Source: Lama guanicoe
Lineage: Eukaryota
Assembly (NCBI GenBank): GCA_013239625.1
Contig: MU056216.1
Location: 9,594,957 to 9,658,956, forward strand
DNA length: 64,000 bases
Reading direction: 5' to 3'
Part shown: positions 62,491 through 64,000 of the stretch, in pieces
How the letters are laid out: each line of letters begins with the position of its first letter
Numbering within the stretch: position 1 is the stretch's first letter
Program-made: the position numbers and the translations under genes
Notes under the pieces: model-generated
What the model was told of the DNA's origin: nothing
Database searches by the model: none
Seen by the model: only the letters and a program-made list of their open reading frames with translations

Positions 62491-63178
62491 TGCAGTCTCT
62501 GCCTTATTTTAGTAACACAGGCACTATTGGCTATCAACGTGCAGCCCTTCTGCCTAAGGTTTGATTATTGTTGACTGTGCAGAATATGTAAGCCTAAAAA
62601 TGCACCCTGTGTTGAACTGATTTACAGAGCAGACAGGTGTCACAGGTTCACCTCTGCCTGGGAGAGCAGGCTTCTCTTATGTAGAACCTGAACTGCATCT
62701 CATGCCTTCTCTTGATTCACAAGCTCATGGGTAGTAGAATGCCAGCAGATCCCGTCGCTTGGGGGTGTAATGTCATCTGAATGTGAGTGATGACCTCTAT
62801 TTTAGGATAAAAAGCTACAGGTACACCCATTTTATAACGTCCTCTTCTGGCATTTTTTCCTTTTCCATTTTCTCCTTGAAATCAGTTTTCACAATGCTTA
62901 ACGGGTCAAAAATCATTCCATCATGGGTGCACACTTGCTTGTGTGTGTGTGTTTCAGTCATGGGCACCTTCTTTTGGGTCTCATCAGGCATGGGAAAACC
63001 TAAGCCTGGTTAGAACGCTTCCTCCCGTGCTGTGACGTTTCAGGCGAACTTAACATGGGACTTGTTACATAACCCACATGCTTGGCACTGGCACAGGGGG
63101 ACCCTCGGTGAGGATCACCCCTCTTGGTGTGTGCCAGACGACTGGTAGCTTTTTCCTCTAGTATGTGTCAGCTGCAGA

Positions 63179-63310
63179 NNNNNNNNNNNNNNNNNNNNNN
63201 NNNNNNNNNNNNNNNNNNNNNNNNNNNNNNNNNNNNNNNNNNNNNNNNNNNNNNNNNNNNNNNNNNNNNNNNNNNNNNNNNNNNNNNNNNNNNNNNNNNN
63301 NNNNNNNNNN
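63179..63310. other. Assembly gap (132 N)
   Basis: N run. Confidence 1.
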
Positions 63311-63795
63311 AGTCTCACAGACAGCAGCTAAGCACAGGGGAAATATTAGCTGGCAGAGATAACGAAGAGGAAACACTCAGTGACAGATGCACCATCTGTC
63401 AGTTTCAGAAGAGCAATTTTCAAGAAAGCAGAAAATGAAACGAAGAAGAGAGTGATTTTGTTTCAAAGGTACAGCACAGCCTAAGGACATTTTAAAACAA
63501 AGTAAGTTTGTGTTCCATAGAAGAGGTCCTGGCGGTGGGTAAGACAACAGTTACCTCCTATTTATACTGGCAGTTTTGTTATTTATACATAAAGTTTTCT
63601 TTGTGGTGTATTTGACATTTAGAAGGACATTCTTTTAACAAGAACTTGATTTAAAATTGAAAGCAGTACCTCTCATTTTGATTATTCACTTAAGAAATAT
63701 TTGAAAGCTACAGTAAGATTTATTTTACTTTTATTTAACCTCAGAGAACTGTTTTTTTTTTTTATCTCAGTTAGACTATAGATGTTAATATCAGG

Positions 63796-63796
<1 letters not shown>

Positions 63797-63834
<38 letters not shown>

Positions 63835-63840
63835 TTTTTT
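63797..63840. repeat. (CTTT)n microsatellite
   Basis: About 9 CTTT units followed by a T run. Confidence 0.97.
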
Positions 63841-64000
63841 GAACTATGGGCAAAATTACTTGTATCCTTCCTCAAAGGCAATTTAGTGAGAAAGTGCCCA
63901 TCTCTCAGATTTAAGAGGCCGGCAGAAAATGCTGTCAATTGGATGTTTCATTCCCTGGGATCAGTTGCATAAATAGCCATCAGCATGACCTATACTTATA

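Noticed and set aside
31772-63438. ORFs containing long X runs
   Set aside because: Artefacts of translating through assembly gaps
1-64000. Naming a host gene
   Set aside because: No recognisable exon; a BLASTN or liftOver to an annotated genome is required

Overview
This is mammalian (eutherian) genomic DNA, apparently intronic or intergenic, from a draft assembly with five N-gaps. I found no protein-coding exon, RNA gene or host gene that I can identify, and the ORF track reads as noise or repeat-derived. A large share of the window is ancient interspersed repeat: many MIR and L2 fragments, one L3/CR1, several L1 pieces, two MLT1 LTRs and hAT DNA-transposon fossils (MER20 x2, MER5A x2, Charlie4-like, MER81, MER103-like, MER91-like). 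One L1 3' end looks cetartiodactyl, and I see no Alu, B1/B2, Bov-tA/BovB, PRE-1, CHR-2, SINEC or ERE SINEs, so a camelid source is plausible (inference). Repeat family names come from my recall of consensus sequences, not from a search, and repeat boundaries are approximate. The unique sequence holds several CpG-retaining, motif-dense patches that look like enhancers or alternative promoters (about 7.6, 9.0-9.4, 24.7-25.2 and 45.8-46.7 kb). I cannot support a new multi-gene system. The best leads are: an IRF/ISRE-like triple-GAAA element; a cluster of five ACGTG cores; a 24-bp near-identical dispersed repeat 1.77 kb apart; an old duplication with a ~421-bp offset; a MER81 hairpin; and a palindrome cluster.
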